Source: a virus (lineage: Duplodnaviria; Caudoviricetes). Taken from it: a stretch of DNA of 64,000 nt. Shown piece after piece: positions 19,776 to 29,598 of this stretch; position 1 is the stretch's first letter; each line of letters begins with the position of its first letter. A program made the position numbers and the translations under genes. The notes below the pieces were generated by a model. It saw nothing but the letters and a program-made list of their open reading frames with translations. It did no database searches and had not been told where the DNA came from. Where the stretch lies: the IMG/VR virus record IMGVR_UViG_2872980847_000002, positions 6,327-70,326 of that record; one strand, given 5' to 3'.

Positions 19776-20297
19776 ATGAGGGCGCCCAGCACCTCATGTT
19801 CAGCCAGCCGCATCGCTGAGGCCAGCACGCAGCACTACCGGCAGCAACTCACCGCTGACCCAGAGCAGATCCGGCGCGTACGCCGGATCGTCACCGCCTT
19901 CCTGCGGTACTGGGGTTGGGGACAGTTCATCGACCCGGCGGTCCTGTGCGTCACGGAGATGCTGTCCAACGTGCGGAGCCACGCGGACTCCGACGACTGC
20001 GTTCTTCTCCTCCAGGCGTCACCGGCCGGCGTGCGCATCGTGGTTAGCGACGGCAGTCAAGCTCTCCCCGTCGTGCGTGAGCCTGAATGGCTCGCGGAGC
20101 GCGGACGCGGAATGTTCCTGCTGAGCAGCAGCGCCGATGCCTGGGGAGCTGACATCACCCGCGAGGGCAAGGACGTCTGGATCGAGTTCTGGAGTGGTGC
20201 TGCGGAATCGCGGGATGGCGTCGCCGTCCCTGCACGGCCCGAAACCGACTGCCCTGTCGGCGGTTCGTCGCTCGCAACCAGCAGGCGGTCAGCGTGA
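19776..20297 (+). CDS. ATP-binding anti-sigma-like protein (HATPase_c_2)
   Basis: TEMLSNV..H, VSD, ERGRGMFL, WG, GKDVW. Confidence 0.9.
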   Translation: MRAPSTSCSASRIAEASTQHYRQQLTADPEQIRRVRRIVTAFLRYWGWGQFIDPAVLCVTEMLSNVRSHADSDDCVLLLQASPAGVRIVVSDGSQALPVVREPEWLAERGRGMFLLSSSADAWGADITREGKDVWIEFWSGAAESRDGVAVPARPETDCPVGGSSLATSRRSA

Positions 20298-20674
20298 GTC
20301 AGCCGATTCCCCAGAGCTACTGGTGCTACATGGCTTGTTTCAGGCCCGGCAGTGACCGCATGACGATGAGCACCGACATCGTCCTCCCGTACCCCGGCCG
20401 CGCCATCAGCTGGATACGCCAAGAAGTGCGGCTGGTGGCCGCTGGGTTGGCCGACGAAGCGGACCGCGCCAAAGCGACGACCTGGCTCGACGACCTCATA
20501 ACCGCAGGAGTCGCCGTTCGCGAACTGCGGTCCGGCTCCGGTTCGTACGCGTTCCAGCTGATCACTGCGCGGGGCGCCCGGTGGATATGGGCCGGTCACG
20601 ACGCCGCCCGGCTGTCTGCTCTCACGGCACCCGAACCCCACCCGGCCCTCGCCGGCCGGACACCCACCCACTGA
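20294..20674 (+). CDS. Hypothetical protein
   Basis: GTGA-coupled ORF. Confidence 0.6.
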   Translation: MSQPIPQSYWCYMACFRPGSDRMTMSTDIVLPYPGRAISWIRQEVRLVAAGLADEADRAKATTWLDDLITAGVAVRELRSGSGSYAFQLITARGARWIWAGHDAARLSALTAPEPHPALAGRTPTH

Positions 20675-20707
20675 ACTCGCGCCATCTCAACGCCTCTTGG
20701 AGAGATC

Positions 20708-20878
20708 ATGGCTCGCTCCACCCAAGCTCCCTTTCCCCGTCTCCGGTGGGCGGTACGGCACCCGATCAAGATCTTGGACCGCGCAGGATTCGGCCCGGTG
20801 CAAGCGGCCGTCGTCGGGATCTTCTTCGTCGGCGTGCTCGTCTGGCTCGCAATGACCTACCTCTCCCTGCGCCGCTAG
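20708..20878 (+). CDS. Small single-TM protein (56 aa, absent from ORF track)
   Basis: TTGGAGAG SD; MARSTQAPFPRLRW...VVGIFFVGVLVWLAMTYLSLRR. Confidence 0.6.
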   Translation: MARSTQAPFPRLRWAVRHPIKILDRAGFGPVQAAVVGIFFVGVLVWLAMTYLSLRR

Positions 20879-21104
20879 CGGCTCCCAGACCGGTCCTCCC
20901 GCGCTTGGCCTTTCGCGGGAGGACCGCCCGGGCCTCGTTGCTCCCGCCGGTTCCCAGCCCGGCAGGTCGTAGCGACGAGCGACGCACACCGCCCGGTCAT
21001 GCGGATGTGCGTCCCGGCCGCCGCGTTCAGGGGTGCGCGCGGCGGCCGGCCCACCCACCTACCCGTCCCCCTTCCGAACCTCCCGACCGTCCCCGGAGAC
21101 CCGC

Positions 21105-21749
21105 ATGACCCGCAAGGCCCCGCCCCTGCCACACCTCAGCCTTACTGCGCCTCAGCCCGCCCGGCAGGAGACAGCCAACGCGGCATACGCCCTTGACCGA
21201 GAGCTACGTGCGGCTGGCCTGAACAGCCTCATGCCCAGGCTCGACACCAACGGCGCAGTGCCGTACGTCAGGCTGAACGGGATCAACACCGCGGCGGCAG
21301 ATGAACTGACGCAGTTGCTTCGCAAGGCGATGCGCGGCACCTACAAGGTGGCCGCCCAACTGCGCGCCGCGGTGCGGGCCCACGGCCTGGACGACTTCCC
21401 CGAACCGACCGTCTACGACTCAAAGATCCATCTCGGCGACGTCTCGATCGCCACGGCGGACAAGCTGGCCTGCGTCCTTGGCGCCCCACCCCAGGCCGAG
21501 CTGGCAGAGACCCCTGACTGGCCCGAGGCCCAGCAGGTCGCGAACCGGCTCGACGTCGCGTTCAAGAAGGCCACCGGCGGCGGATTCATGGATCAGTACC
21601 TCCACCCCTACTGCCGGCGATGCGACTGCGACCCGGCCATCGAGCTGGGAGACCTCACCAAGGGCACCGCTCGACGACTGGTGAAGGCACTCCACGAGGC
21701 TCACGACGCCGCCCCGGCGCCCGCCGCACTGAGGGAGAGGTCGGCATGA
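21105..21749 (+). CDS. Hypothetical protein with CxxC
   Basis: GGAGA SD; coupled to next gene. Confidence 0.7.
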   Translation: MTRKAPPLPHLSLTAPQPARQETANAAYALDRELRAAGLNSLMPRLDTNGAVPYVRLNGINTAAADELTQLLRKAMRGTYKVAAQLRAAVRAHGLDDFPEPTVYDSKIHLGDVSIATADKLACVLGAPPQAELAETPDWPEAQQVANRLDVAFKKATGGGFMDQYLHPYCRRCDCDPAIELGDLTKGTARRLVKALHEAHDAAPAPAALRERSA

Positions 21750-22651
21750 CGGCATTCGAACTGCCCAAGGACCACGATGCCCGACGCCGGTACCTGAACA
21801 GCCCCCGGGTCCCGCACATCTACGACTTCCTGATCGGTGGCAACGAGTCCTATCACCAGGACCGCGAGGCCGCCATCGCCCTCTACCAGGTGGCCGACTG
21901 GATCAAGACCGCCGCTCTCATCAACCGCGAGTTCGGCCGCTTGTCGGTCCAGATGTCCTTGGAGTTGGGCGTCAGGCAGTTCCTCGACCTGGGATGCGGC
22001 CTGCCCGCCAAGCCCACCAAGCCGGTGGCAGCCGACCTCCACGAAACCGTCGCCAAGGTCGAGCGCGGTTGCCCCGTCGTCTACGTGGACCGCGACCCCG
22101 CCGTGTACGGCCACGCGAAGTGCGAGCTGGACGACAATCCTCCGCACAACACCACCGCGGTGCATGCCGACCTGCTCGACATGTACCAACTCCTAGGCAG
22201 CGACGAGGTGACCGACGCCTTCGACCTCTCCCAGCCGGTCGCCGTCACCATCCACGACACCCTGCCCTGGACTGAAGACGACGCAGCCGTAGAGCACGCC
22301 TTGAAGGTGCTGCGGCAATGGATGCCGCCGGGCAGCACCCTGTCGATCACCCATCTGACCGACCATTGGCACCCCGTCACGATGCCCGATTTGGTCGCGG
22401 CCTATGACCGGCTCGGCATCGGTGTACGGCCCCGCACCCAGGCACAGATCGCCGACCTCTTCGGGGACTTCGTCCACCAGGGGCCGGGACTGGTCGCCAC
22501 GGGGCGGTGGTTCGACAACGGCCCGTACTTCCTGCACCCGCCCGAGCACTCGGCCGCCTTCGCTGGCATCGCCCGCAAGGCCGGGCCGGTAGCCAAGCTG
22601 CCCCACGAAGACGCCCGCGAGGCGGCCACCGTACGGGGAGAGGCGGCATGA
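21746..22651 (+). CDS. SAM-dependent methyltransferase (actinobacterial Methyltransf_19-type)
   Basis: IYDFLIGG..DREAA, RQFLDLGCGLP, VVYVDRDP. Confidence 0.9.
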   Translation: MTAFELPKDHDARRRYLNSPRVPHIYDFLIGGNESYHQDREAAIALYQVADWIKTAALINREFGRLSVQMSLELGVRQFLDLGCGLPAKPTKPVAADLHETVAKVERGCPVVYVDRDPAVYGHAKCELDDNPPHNTTAVHADLLDMYQLLGSDEVTDAFDLSQPVAVTIHDTLPWTEDDAAVEHALKVLRQWMPPGSTLSITHLTDHWHPVTMPDLVAAYDRLGIGVRPRTQAQIADLFGDFVHQGPGLVATGRWFDNGPYFLHPPEHSAAFAGIARKAGPVAKLPHEDAREAATVRGEAA

Positions 22652-23220
22652 CCACAGCGAGGAACCCGTCTCCTACGACGTGGGACCACTGGGAGCACAA
22701 CGGCCACACCTTCCGGGTGATCACCGACACCGAACTCGACCGCTTCACGCGCTACTGCCTGGGGCGCCGCGGCCGGATCGCCATCGACGCCGGCTGCGGA
22801 AATGGCGCCTTCTCCCGCCAACTGCACCGCTTCGGCTTCGACGTCACCGGCCTCGACTTCGCACACGTACCGCTGACTGCCGCCCGCCGGACACCGCTGC
22901 CCGATGTGCGTTACGTACACCACGATCTCGATCAGGGCGACCCGCCTGGACTGCCGCCGCGCGGCATAGACCTCGTGGTGTGCCGCATGGTGCTCCCCTT
23001 CCTCTCCCAGCCGTACGCGTGGGTCCGGCGTGTACGCGACCACTGGCTGCGCGATAACGGACGGCTCTACCTCGTCATCCCCCGGGCGGACGCACACACA
23101 GCCCAGCCCGGCGGCATGACCGAGCAAGAGATCGCCGACCTCACCACCGGATGGGGCAGCGTCGTCCGCTACGACCTGCGCGGCCCCCTGGCCTGCCTTG
23201 TGCTCGGCACAGGCACATAG
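22648..23220 (+). CDS. Class I SAM-dependent methyltransferase
   Basis: IDAGCGNG, VTGLDF, DLVVCRMVL. Confidence 0.85.
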   Translation: MTTARNPSPTTWDHWEHNGHTFRVITDTELDRFTRYCLGRRGRIAIDAGCGNGAFSRQLHRFGFDVTGLDFAHVPLTAARRTPLPDVRYVHHDLDQGDPPGLPPRGIDLVVCRMVLPFLSQPYAWVRRVRDHWLRDNGRLYLVIPRADAHTAQPGGMTEQEIADLTTGWGSVVRYDLRGPLACLVLGTGT

Positions 23221-23319
23221 ACCGCCGCTCGGTGGTCCGGAGCCACTAGCCCGCACCATCGAGCGGCCTTCCAACGCCCCGCTCCGGGGCTCCCGACAAC
23301 CCAGATCAAGGGGGACCTG

Positions 23320-24252
23320 TTGACCGCTCTCGAAAGCGATGACTTCCGTGTGGTGTCGTGGAACGTCGAGCACAACGGCATCGGCCGCGACGGCTCCGAT
23401 GACCGCTGGCACCTGGCCATGGACGTGCTCGCCGCACTCCAGCCGCACGTGGTGCTCCGCCAGGAGCTGACCCGCGCGGACATGTACGGCCGGCGCGCAG
23501 TCTGGGCCGAGGCCGCCCGACTGGGAGGCCACGTGCCGTTCCTCGCGAGCGCCACACCGGAATCCGCCAACCCCACCGGCGTGTATGTCGATCCGAATCT
23601 GTGCGAACCGACGGAGTACTACGAGCACACCACCGGCATGTGGCATCCGGTCTGCAACCCGGTCGTGCGGATCAAGGGAGCCCCGGCCAAGCTGAGCCTG
23701 GCCTCGGTTCACCTCTGCTCCTTCGACCCCGACCGTCGCGTCAACGAAGCAAGGCGACTGACCACCCTGGGCAAGCCGGGGATGGCAGCGATCATCGGCG
23801 GCGACTTCAACTCCTACCCGCACGACGAGTCGGAGGCGGCATCTCTGCCCGACTGGGAGGAGGTCGAGGACCGCTCGCACTTCGAGCACCGCACGATCGA
23901 CTCAGGCGGCGTGCGCGTCTCCGACACCCGCCCCGACCGCATCCTCGCCGGGACCCATCACGGCCGCCCACCGGTGTTCGTCGAACTGGGGCAGTACGCG
24001 ACGACGCAGCGGCACGTCCCCGGCGCACTCGCGCCTACTTCCTCGCTGTGGCGCACGGACCAGGGCCCGATGCGGCGCATCGACCGGATCTACGCCACAC
24101 CGCAGGTGGCCGAAGCCCTGACGGACCTGGAGGTCATCGTCAACGACGAAGTCCGTGAGGCATCCGACCACCTCCCGGTCCTCGCCACCTTCAGCCTGTC
24201 CCGTCTGCGTCAGGCACTGTCCCCGTCCACGACCGCGGCCACGGCCGCCTGA
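23320..24252 (+). CDS. Endonuclease/exonuclease/phosphatase (EEP) protein
   Basis: SWNV, LRQE, GGDFN, RIDRIY, SDHLPV. Confidence 0.92.
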   Translation: MTALESDDFRVVSWNVEHNGIGRDGSDDRWHLAMDVLAALQPHVVLRQELTRADMYGRRAVWAEAARLGGHVPFLASATPESANPTGVYVDPNLCEPTEYYEHTTGMWHPVCNPVVRIKGAPAKLSLASVHLCSFDPDRRVNEARRLTTLGKPGMAAIIGGDFNSYPHDESEAASLPDWEEVEDRSHFEHRTIDSGGVRVSDTRPDRILAGTHHGRPPVFVELGQYATTQRHVPGALAPTSSLWRTDQGPMRRIDRIYATPQVAEALTDLEVIVNDEVREASDHLPVLATFSLSRLRQALSPSTTAATAA

Positions 24253-24269
24253 TCAGGAGACGATCAGCG

Positions 24270-25190
24270 ATGCGCGCACTGATCAAGGGCAACGGTCGCC
24301 CCGTCACCGTGCTGTCCTGGAACTTCGAGCGCAACGGCGCCGAGGACGCAGCCAAACGCACCCAGGCCCATGAGCTGCTGGTGTCCCTCAACCCACACCT
24401 TGTGCTCCGGCAGGAGATGTGGGGTGCGGACGCCAACGGCAACACGATCATGTACCAGCTGGAGGACGTCCTCGGCATGCGCGGCTGGCTCGGGCCCCAG
24501 TCGTCCACCGCCGTGTTCGCCGACCCGCGGGTCTTTCGCACGCTGCGGGAGTGGCCGAACACCGGTCCCATGTGGGTGCAGCCACCGACCGCGCTGACCA
24601 TGGGATACGTACCCGCGGGGACCGACGCCACGCCGCTGCTGGTGGCGTCCTACCACCTCAACTACGCCTCGCCCACCAACCGGCTCGCCGAGGTCGAATG
24701 GCTCTCGACCTGGGCTGACAAGAAATGGACCACCCCGGGCGGCGAGAGCGTGAGCGCGCCCGCCCTGCTCGGCGGGGACAACAACGCCTACCCGGCCCCG
24801 GGCCTCGACGGCGACCCGGCGTTGCCCGAACTCGCGGAGATCAACGACCGGCCCCACCGGCTGCACCGCTCCTACGTCGGCCCGGAGGGTTCCCGGCAGA
24901 TGGACACCCGCCCGGACGAGGCGCTGCGCACCGCCGGCATGCAGGACGTCGCCCGCTACTGGGCCACCGCGCGCGGTGGAGACAAGACCGCGGTCTCCCG
25001 CACGGTCAACGCCTGCCAGACCCACGGGCCTGACTCGCGCATCGACAGGATCTACGCCACAACCGACCTGTTGGACGCGGTGACCGGCGTGGACGTCATC
25101 GAGGTCCCGCTCGAACTGTCAGACCACCACATCGTCCGCTTGACGCTGGACGGCGACTGCCTGTCCGACATCCTCCACCGCCGCCCCTAG
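24270..25190 (+). CDS. EEP protein (paralog)
   Basis: SWNF, LRQE, GGDNN, RIDRIY, SDHHIV. Confidence 0.92.
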   Translation: MRALIKGNGRPVTVLSWNFERNGAEDAAKRTQAHELLVSLNPHLVLRQEMWGADANGNTIMYQLEDVLGMRGWLGPQSSTAVFADPRVFRTLREWPNTGPMWVQPPTALTMGYVPAGTDATPLLVASYHLNYASPTNRLAEVEWLSTWADKKWTTPGGESVSAPALLGGDNNAYPAPGLDGDPALPELAEINDRPHRLHRSYVGPEGSRQMDTRPDEALRTAGMQDVARYWATARGGDKTAVSRTVNACQTHGPDSRIDRIYATTDLLDAVTGVDVIEVPLELSDHHIVRLTLDGDCLSDILHRRP

Positions 25191-25349
25191 CCGACCGGCA
25201 CCGTGCCCTCGAACCGGCCGCCCTGACGCTCGCGGCCCCGAGGGCTCACCAATTCCCGGTGTGGAGGGTCAGGCGGCCCTATCCATTCCCCAACGGCAAG
25301 GCATGGCAGCCCTCCACACCGGGTCACCCAACATCACCAGGAGGACCAA

Positions 25350-26333
25350 ATGAGCACCCACCTCGGACTGCCCACCGTCCCGGAGCAGACCCGCCGAGAC
25401 CTGGGCAACGGCGTGGCCTTCGCCTTCAACGCCCACCACTTCGACGCCGAGCCGAACCTCGACGTCGAGGCCGCCGCCAACGCGGCCACCGTCCCGCTGT
25501 CCGTGATCGTCCAGGTGACCAAACGCTGCGACTTCGGCTGCTCGTTCTGCAGCGAGACCTTGCAGAAGCCGGACCCGACCCTCGAACAGCTCGACACGAT
25601 CCGCAAGCACCTCGCCGGCGTCGGCCGCGTGTTCCTCTCCGGCGGCGAGCCGCTGATCCGCAAGGACTTCAGCGAGATCGTAGACATGTACCACCGCGAC
25701 CACATCGTCGCCGTCCCGACGAACGCAACCCACGGCCTGGACCACGCCCGCAACATCGCCGGGAAGATCGCGTTCGCCAACATCGGCCTGGAAGGCCCCC
25801 GCGCCACCACCAGGCGCGTGCGCGGCGACTACGACAAGCAGATGGCTGGCGTCCGGGCCCTCCAGGAGGAAGGCATCCCCCTGGCCCTGTCCTCCGTCGT
25901 CTACCGCTCGACCCTGTCGGCACTACCGTTCACCGTCCAGATCGCCGACGTACTCGGCGCCGGCAAGGTCAAGTTCATCCTCCCCCTGCGCAAGGGCAAC
26001 GCGCTGGGCCTGCCCGACCACGAGTTCATCACCCAGGACGAAGCCGAAACCACCTTCGCCCGCCTGAAGGAAGCTCGCGCGGAGCACCAGTGGTCACCTG
26101 CCCTGCGGCTGACGACCTGGACCCCGCAGAACGAGGGCCACATGATCGTCATCGAACCCGACGGCATCGCACGGGCCTGGCCGGTCTACGACGCCACGGA
26201 CCTGTGGGAGCCGCTGGGCAACGTGCTGGAGGAGCCGATCACCGAGATCTGGAAGCGGTACCGCTTCAAGGTCAACCACTACTCCAAGTACCTGGGGCGC
26301 TCGATCCACACCGTCTCCCAAGGGGTGGCGTGA
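25350..26333 (+). CDS. Radical SAM protein without SPASM cysteines
   Basis: CDFGCSFC (CxxxCxxC), SGGEPL, PTNA. Confidence 0.93.
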   Translation: MSTHLGLPTVPEQTRRDLGNGVAFAFNAHHFDAEPNLDVEAAANAATVPLSVIVQVTKRCDFGCSFCSETLQKPDPTLEQLDTIRKHLAGVGRVFLSGGEPLIRKDFSEIVDMYHRDHIVAVPTNATHGLDHARNIAGKIAFANIGLEGPRATTRRVRGDYDKQMAGVRALQEEGIPLALSSVVYRSTLSALPFTVQIADVLGAGKVKFILPLRKGNALGLPDHEFITQDEAETTFARLKEARAEHQWSPALRLTTWTPQNEGHMIVIEPDGIARAWPVYDATDLWEPLGNVLEEPITEIWKRYRFKVNHYSKYLGRSIHTVSQGVA

Positions 26334-26334
26334 C

Positions 26335-27123
26335 ATGAAGGACCTGTCGAACCTCGGATGGCCAGAAGCACCGTTCGGCTCGGTGACCCGACCCGTGCAG
26401 AAGCCGGGTTCGTGGCTGACCGCCGTGTCCATGATCTGGGCTGACGCGGGCGAAGAGCCCATCATCATGGGCGCTGCCGCGGTATTCCTGCAGATCCACC
26501 GCACCCGCTCCCTGCCCGTCACGCCGTCACTGGCGCACTTCGGATACCGAGTCCTGGTGCCCGAGACGTTAGACGAGAACATCGCCATCCTCACCCGGCT
26601 CGACACCATCCTGGTGCAGGCCCGGCGCGAGGCACAGGTCATCGCCTGGCACCACGCGGTCGACGACCTCCATCTCCTGTGTCGCCAAGCCGAGGCGGTC
26701 ACTGACTCCCGCTACCCGGGGGTCAGCGCGATCGCCGAGGCGTGGCAGGACCGCGGGCACCGGGAGCCGAGTACGGCCCGCTGCGTGGACACGGCCCTGG
26801 ACCTCGGACCGAACGGGCTGGTCAGCGATACCGCGGTCGCGAACGACCTGACGCCGATGCCGCAGTTCGCCGGCATGCAGCAGCAGACGCGGGCCCAGCA
26901 CGCCTGTGAGGCGCTGGTCGAGGACCGATACGCCGACTACGCCCCCGAGATGATGGCGGTCAACGTGCTCTCCTCCGCCCTCATGACCGGCCTGCTCGGT
27001 GGGTTGCAAGCCGAACGACTCCACTGGGACGCGCCGTTGGTCGCGTCCGACCTGCTGGAGAACGTGGCGTGGGACATCGCACCGTCGGTGCTCGGCGGCG
27101 TGGTGACCCCGCAGACCCAGTAA
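26335..27123 (+). CDS. Degenerate DEDD-exonuclease-like protein
   Basis: VIAWHHAVDDL and VDT parallel the next gene; lacks DxE; in-frame TTA at 26569. Confidence 0.5.
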   Translation: MKDLSNLGWPEAPFGSVTRPVQKPGSWLTAVSMIWADAGEEPIIMGAAAVFLQIHRTRSLPVTPSLAHFGYRVLVPETLDENIAILTRLDTILVQARREAQVIAWHHAVDDLHLLCRQAEAVTDSRYPGVSAIAEAWQDRGHREPSTARCVDTALDLGPNGLVSDTAVANDLTPMPQFAGMQQQTRAQHACEALVEDRYADYAPEMMAVNVLSSALMTGLLGGLQAERLHWDAPLVASDLLENVAWDIAPSVLGGVVTPQTQ

Positions 27124-27185
27124 CGTCCGGCGGGGCCGCACGCAACCAGAGTGCGGCCCCTGTCACCGCTCAGGGGAACATCCCA

Positions 27186-28046
27186 ATGATCATCAAGAGC
27201 ACCCGGCCGGCTACGCCTTTTCAGCCGCCGCGGCGGCAGTCGGGCATCACCCGCCTCGCCGCGATCGACGTCGAGTGGACGAAGAACTACCACATCAAAA
27301 ACGGGCAACGCCCCTTCTGCTACAGCATCGTCTGGCTCGACCTGCCCAGCTCCGGTACCGCAGACCTGACCGCGGTCCCGTTCGAATGGACCAGCGTCTA
27401 CGTCGAGGAGCCCGACGAGATGGACGCGCTCGTACGCCACGCCGCGAACACCGTCGCCACCGCGGCCGACTCGGCAGACATCATCACCGGTCACCAGTTC
27501 TGCGCCGACCTGTCCGTCCTGGAAGCCACCGCGCCCCACGACGCCATCACCCCCCTACAGAAGGCCCGCGAGCAGTGGCGGCAGCGCCGCAAGGCCGACC
27601 CCACCACAAGCCACTACCTCGACACCCGCTACGACGCCGGACACCTCCTCGCAGGTGCATCCCGCCGTCTGGTCGACGTCTGCACCGAACTCGGCCTTGA
27701 CGTCACGCAGCCCGAGCTGCGCACTGTGTCCATGCCCGCGTGGCACCGGCGCTGGATCGAGGACAGCCACGCCGAAGGCCGCGAACGCGTCTCCGTGTTG
27801 AACCTGCGCCACTCCGTCTCGACCGCGTACGTCGCCGCCCGAACAGCCGACCTCGGCCAGTGGCCGGCCGCGGGCCTGAACGTCAACCGAGTCCTTGCCG
27901 ACGGCGCTCAAGGCGCCTGGGCCTGGCTGACCAACCCCACCTTCACCGCCCTCCTGGAGGACACCACGTGCCCATCCGCGAATGCCGGGTTATCGCCGTC
28001 GAAGGCACCCAGGCGGCAGGCAAAACCACCCTCGTCCACGCACTGA
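27186..28046 (+). CDS. DEDD/DnaQ-like 3'-5' exonuclease
   Basis: AIDVEW (ExoI), ITGHQFCADL (ExoII), LDT. Confidence 0.65.
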   Translation: MIIKSTRPATPFQPPRRQSGITRLAAIDVEWTKNYHIKNGQRPFCYSIVWLDLPSSGTADLTAVPFEWTSVYVEEPDEMDALVRHAANTVATAADSADIITGHQFCADLSVLEATAPHDAITPLQKAREQWRQRRKADPTTSHYLDTRYDAGHLLAGASRRLVDVCTELGLDVTQPELRTVSMPAWHRRWIEDSHAEGRERVSVLNLRHSVSTAYVAARTADLGQWPAAGLNVNRVLADGAQGAWAWLTNPTFTALLEDTTCPSANAGLSPSKAPRRQAKPPSSTH

Positions 28047-28579
28047 CCGCGCACCTCCGCGAGCAAGGCGTCGGAGTCGCCTGCACCGGCGAGCCCGCCC
28101 GCACCAGCCCGTTCATGGAGGAGATCGTCCTGCACGGCAAGGGCCACTTCGACCTGCCCGCCGAGATCGACCTCTTCGGCCAGCAACTCTCCATTCCCCT
28201 GCGCGCCGCCCGCCACCACCAGGTGCTGATCACCGACAAGACCCCGGCCAACGTGACCGCCCTCGCCCGCATGGTCCTCGACGCCAGCGAGCCCGGCACC
28301 GGAGCCGTCCTGGCCGCCGCCGAAGCGTTCTGCCGGGCCTGGATGCCCCTCACCTACGACGCCATCGTCTACTGCCGCGACCGCTACGACCAGAAGTCCG
28401 GCGGGGACCGCATGCGCGAAAAAGTCCTCGCCCTCCAGGACGAGGCCGACGAAGTGATCTACCAAGCGTGCCGCGCCACGGGAGTGCCGATCCTGGAGAT
28501 GCCCACCGGCCTCACCGTCGCCGAACGTGTCCAGTGGACGACCCGGCACGTTGAGCACATGGGACTCTCCGCGACCTGA
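27968..28579 (+). CDS. P-loop NMP/thymidylate-kinase-like protein
   Basis: IAVEGTQAAGKTT, GEPAR, LITDK; GGAGG SD. Confidence 0.8.
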   Translation: MPIRECRVIAVEGTQAAGKTTLVHALTAHLREQGVGVACTGEPARTSPFMEEIVLHGKGHFDLPAEIDLFGQQLSIPLRAARHHQVLITDKTPANVTALARMVLDASEPGTGAVLAAAEAFCRAWMPLTYDAIVYCRDRYDQKSGGDRMREKVLALQDEADEVIYQACRATGVPILEMPTGLTVAERVQWTTRHVEHMGLSAT

Positions 28580-28627
28580 CCCCGCTACAGTCCCCTCCGG
28601 CAAAGCTCTACCGGTTGGAGGACGCCC

Positions 28628-29083
28628 GTGCCGCAGCTCCCCGTGAACGACGTCATGCTCATCCTGGAGCGGCCCGACGGCGCCGTGTGCCTTGCTGAGA
28701 GGCAGGGCACCGGCTACGCCGACGGCCAACTAAACCTTCCCTCCGGGAAAGTCGAGCCGGACGAAGACGTCTTCGCCGCCGTGATCCGCGAAGCCCGCGA
28801 AGAGATCGGCATCGACGTCGAACGCGATGCCCTGCGCATCGTCCACACCATGTACTTCCGCAACCCCGAGGGCGAAACCCGCGTCGGGTGGTTCTTCACC
28901 GCCACCCACTGGTCCGGCACCCCCACCAACCGCGAGCCCCACAAATGCGCCGGGCTCAGTTGGCACCTGCCCGATCAACTGCCGCACAACACCGTCCGAT
29001 ACAACGCCCTCGGCATCGCCCACCACCTCAAGGGCGAGCCGTTCTCCAGCCACTGGTACGACTGGAAAGACCAACTGAGCTGA
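28628..29083 (+). CDS. NUDIX hydrolase
   Basis: GKVEPDE...REAREEIG; NREPHKC. Confidence 0.93.
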   Translation: MPQLPVNDVMLILERPDGAVCLAERQGTGYADGQLNLPSGKVEPDEDVFAAVIREAREEIGIDVERDALRIVHTMYFRNPEGETRVGWFFTATHWSGTPTNREPHKCAGLSWHLPDQLPHNTVRYNALGIAHHLKGEPFSSHWYDWKDQLS

Positions 29084-29184
29084 AGGTTCTCCGGTAGGGC
29101 CCAGGGCCCACGCCGAGAGAGCCCCGTGGAGCGCCCTGTGCTGTCCGAGAACCCTCTTACCGCCTGTTGACTGGAGGAGCACCA

Positions 29185-29598
29185 ATGACGGATCTGACCG
29201 GAGCAGAGGGCCCCGGCGTCTCGGCCGCAGTCATCGTCCATGAGGGGCGCGTCCTTATGGTCCGACGGCGGGTGAGCGAAGGCGAGTTGTCGTGGCAGTT
29301 CCCCGCAGGGAAGATCGAGCCGGGAGAGACAGCGGAGGAAGCAGCCGTCCGTGAGACAAGCGAGGAAACGGGCCTGACAGTTTCCGCCGTCAAGTTGCTC
29401 GGCGAACGCGTGCACCCCAAGACACAGCGCCTCATGTCGTACACGGCATGCGATGTCGTGTCCGGAACCGCATACGTCGCAGCTCCCGAGGAACTCGCCG
29501 AACTCGTATGGTGCCGGCACTCTGAAATCCCAGAGTATGTGCCTTACGGACTCTATGAACCGGTTCAGGAGTACCTCGATCAGGTGCTGCCGCGATAG
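29185..29598 (+). CDS. NUDIX hydrolase
   Basis: GKIEPGE...RETSEETG. Confidence 0.93.
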   Translation: MTDLTGAEGPGVSAAVIVHEGRVLMVRRRVSEGELSWQFPAGKIEPGETAEEAAVRETSEETGLTVSAVKLLGERVHPKTQRLMSYTACDVVSGTAYVAAPEELAELVWCRHSEIPEYVPYGLYEPVQEYLDQVLPR

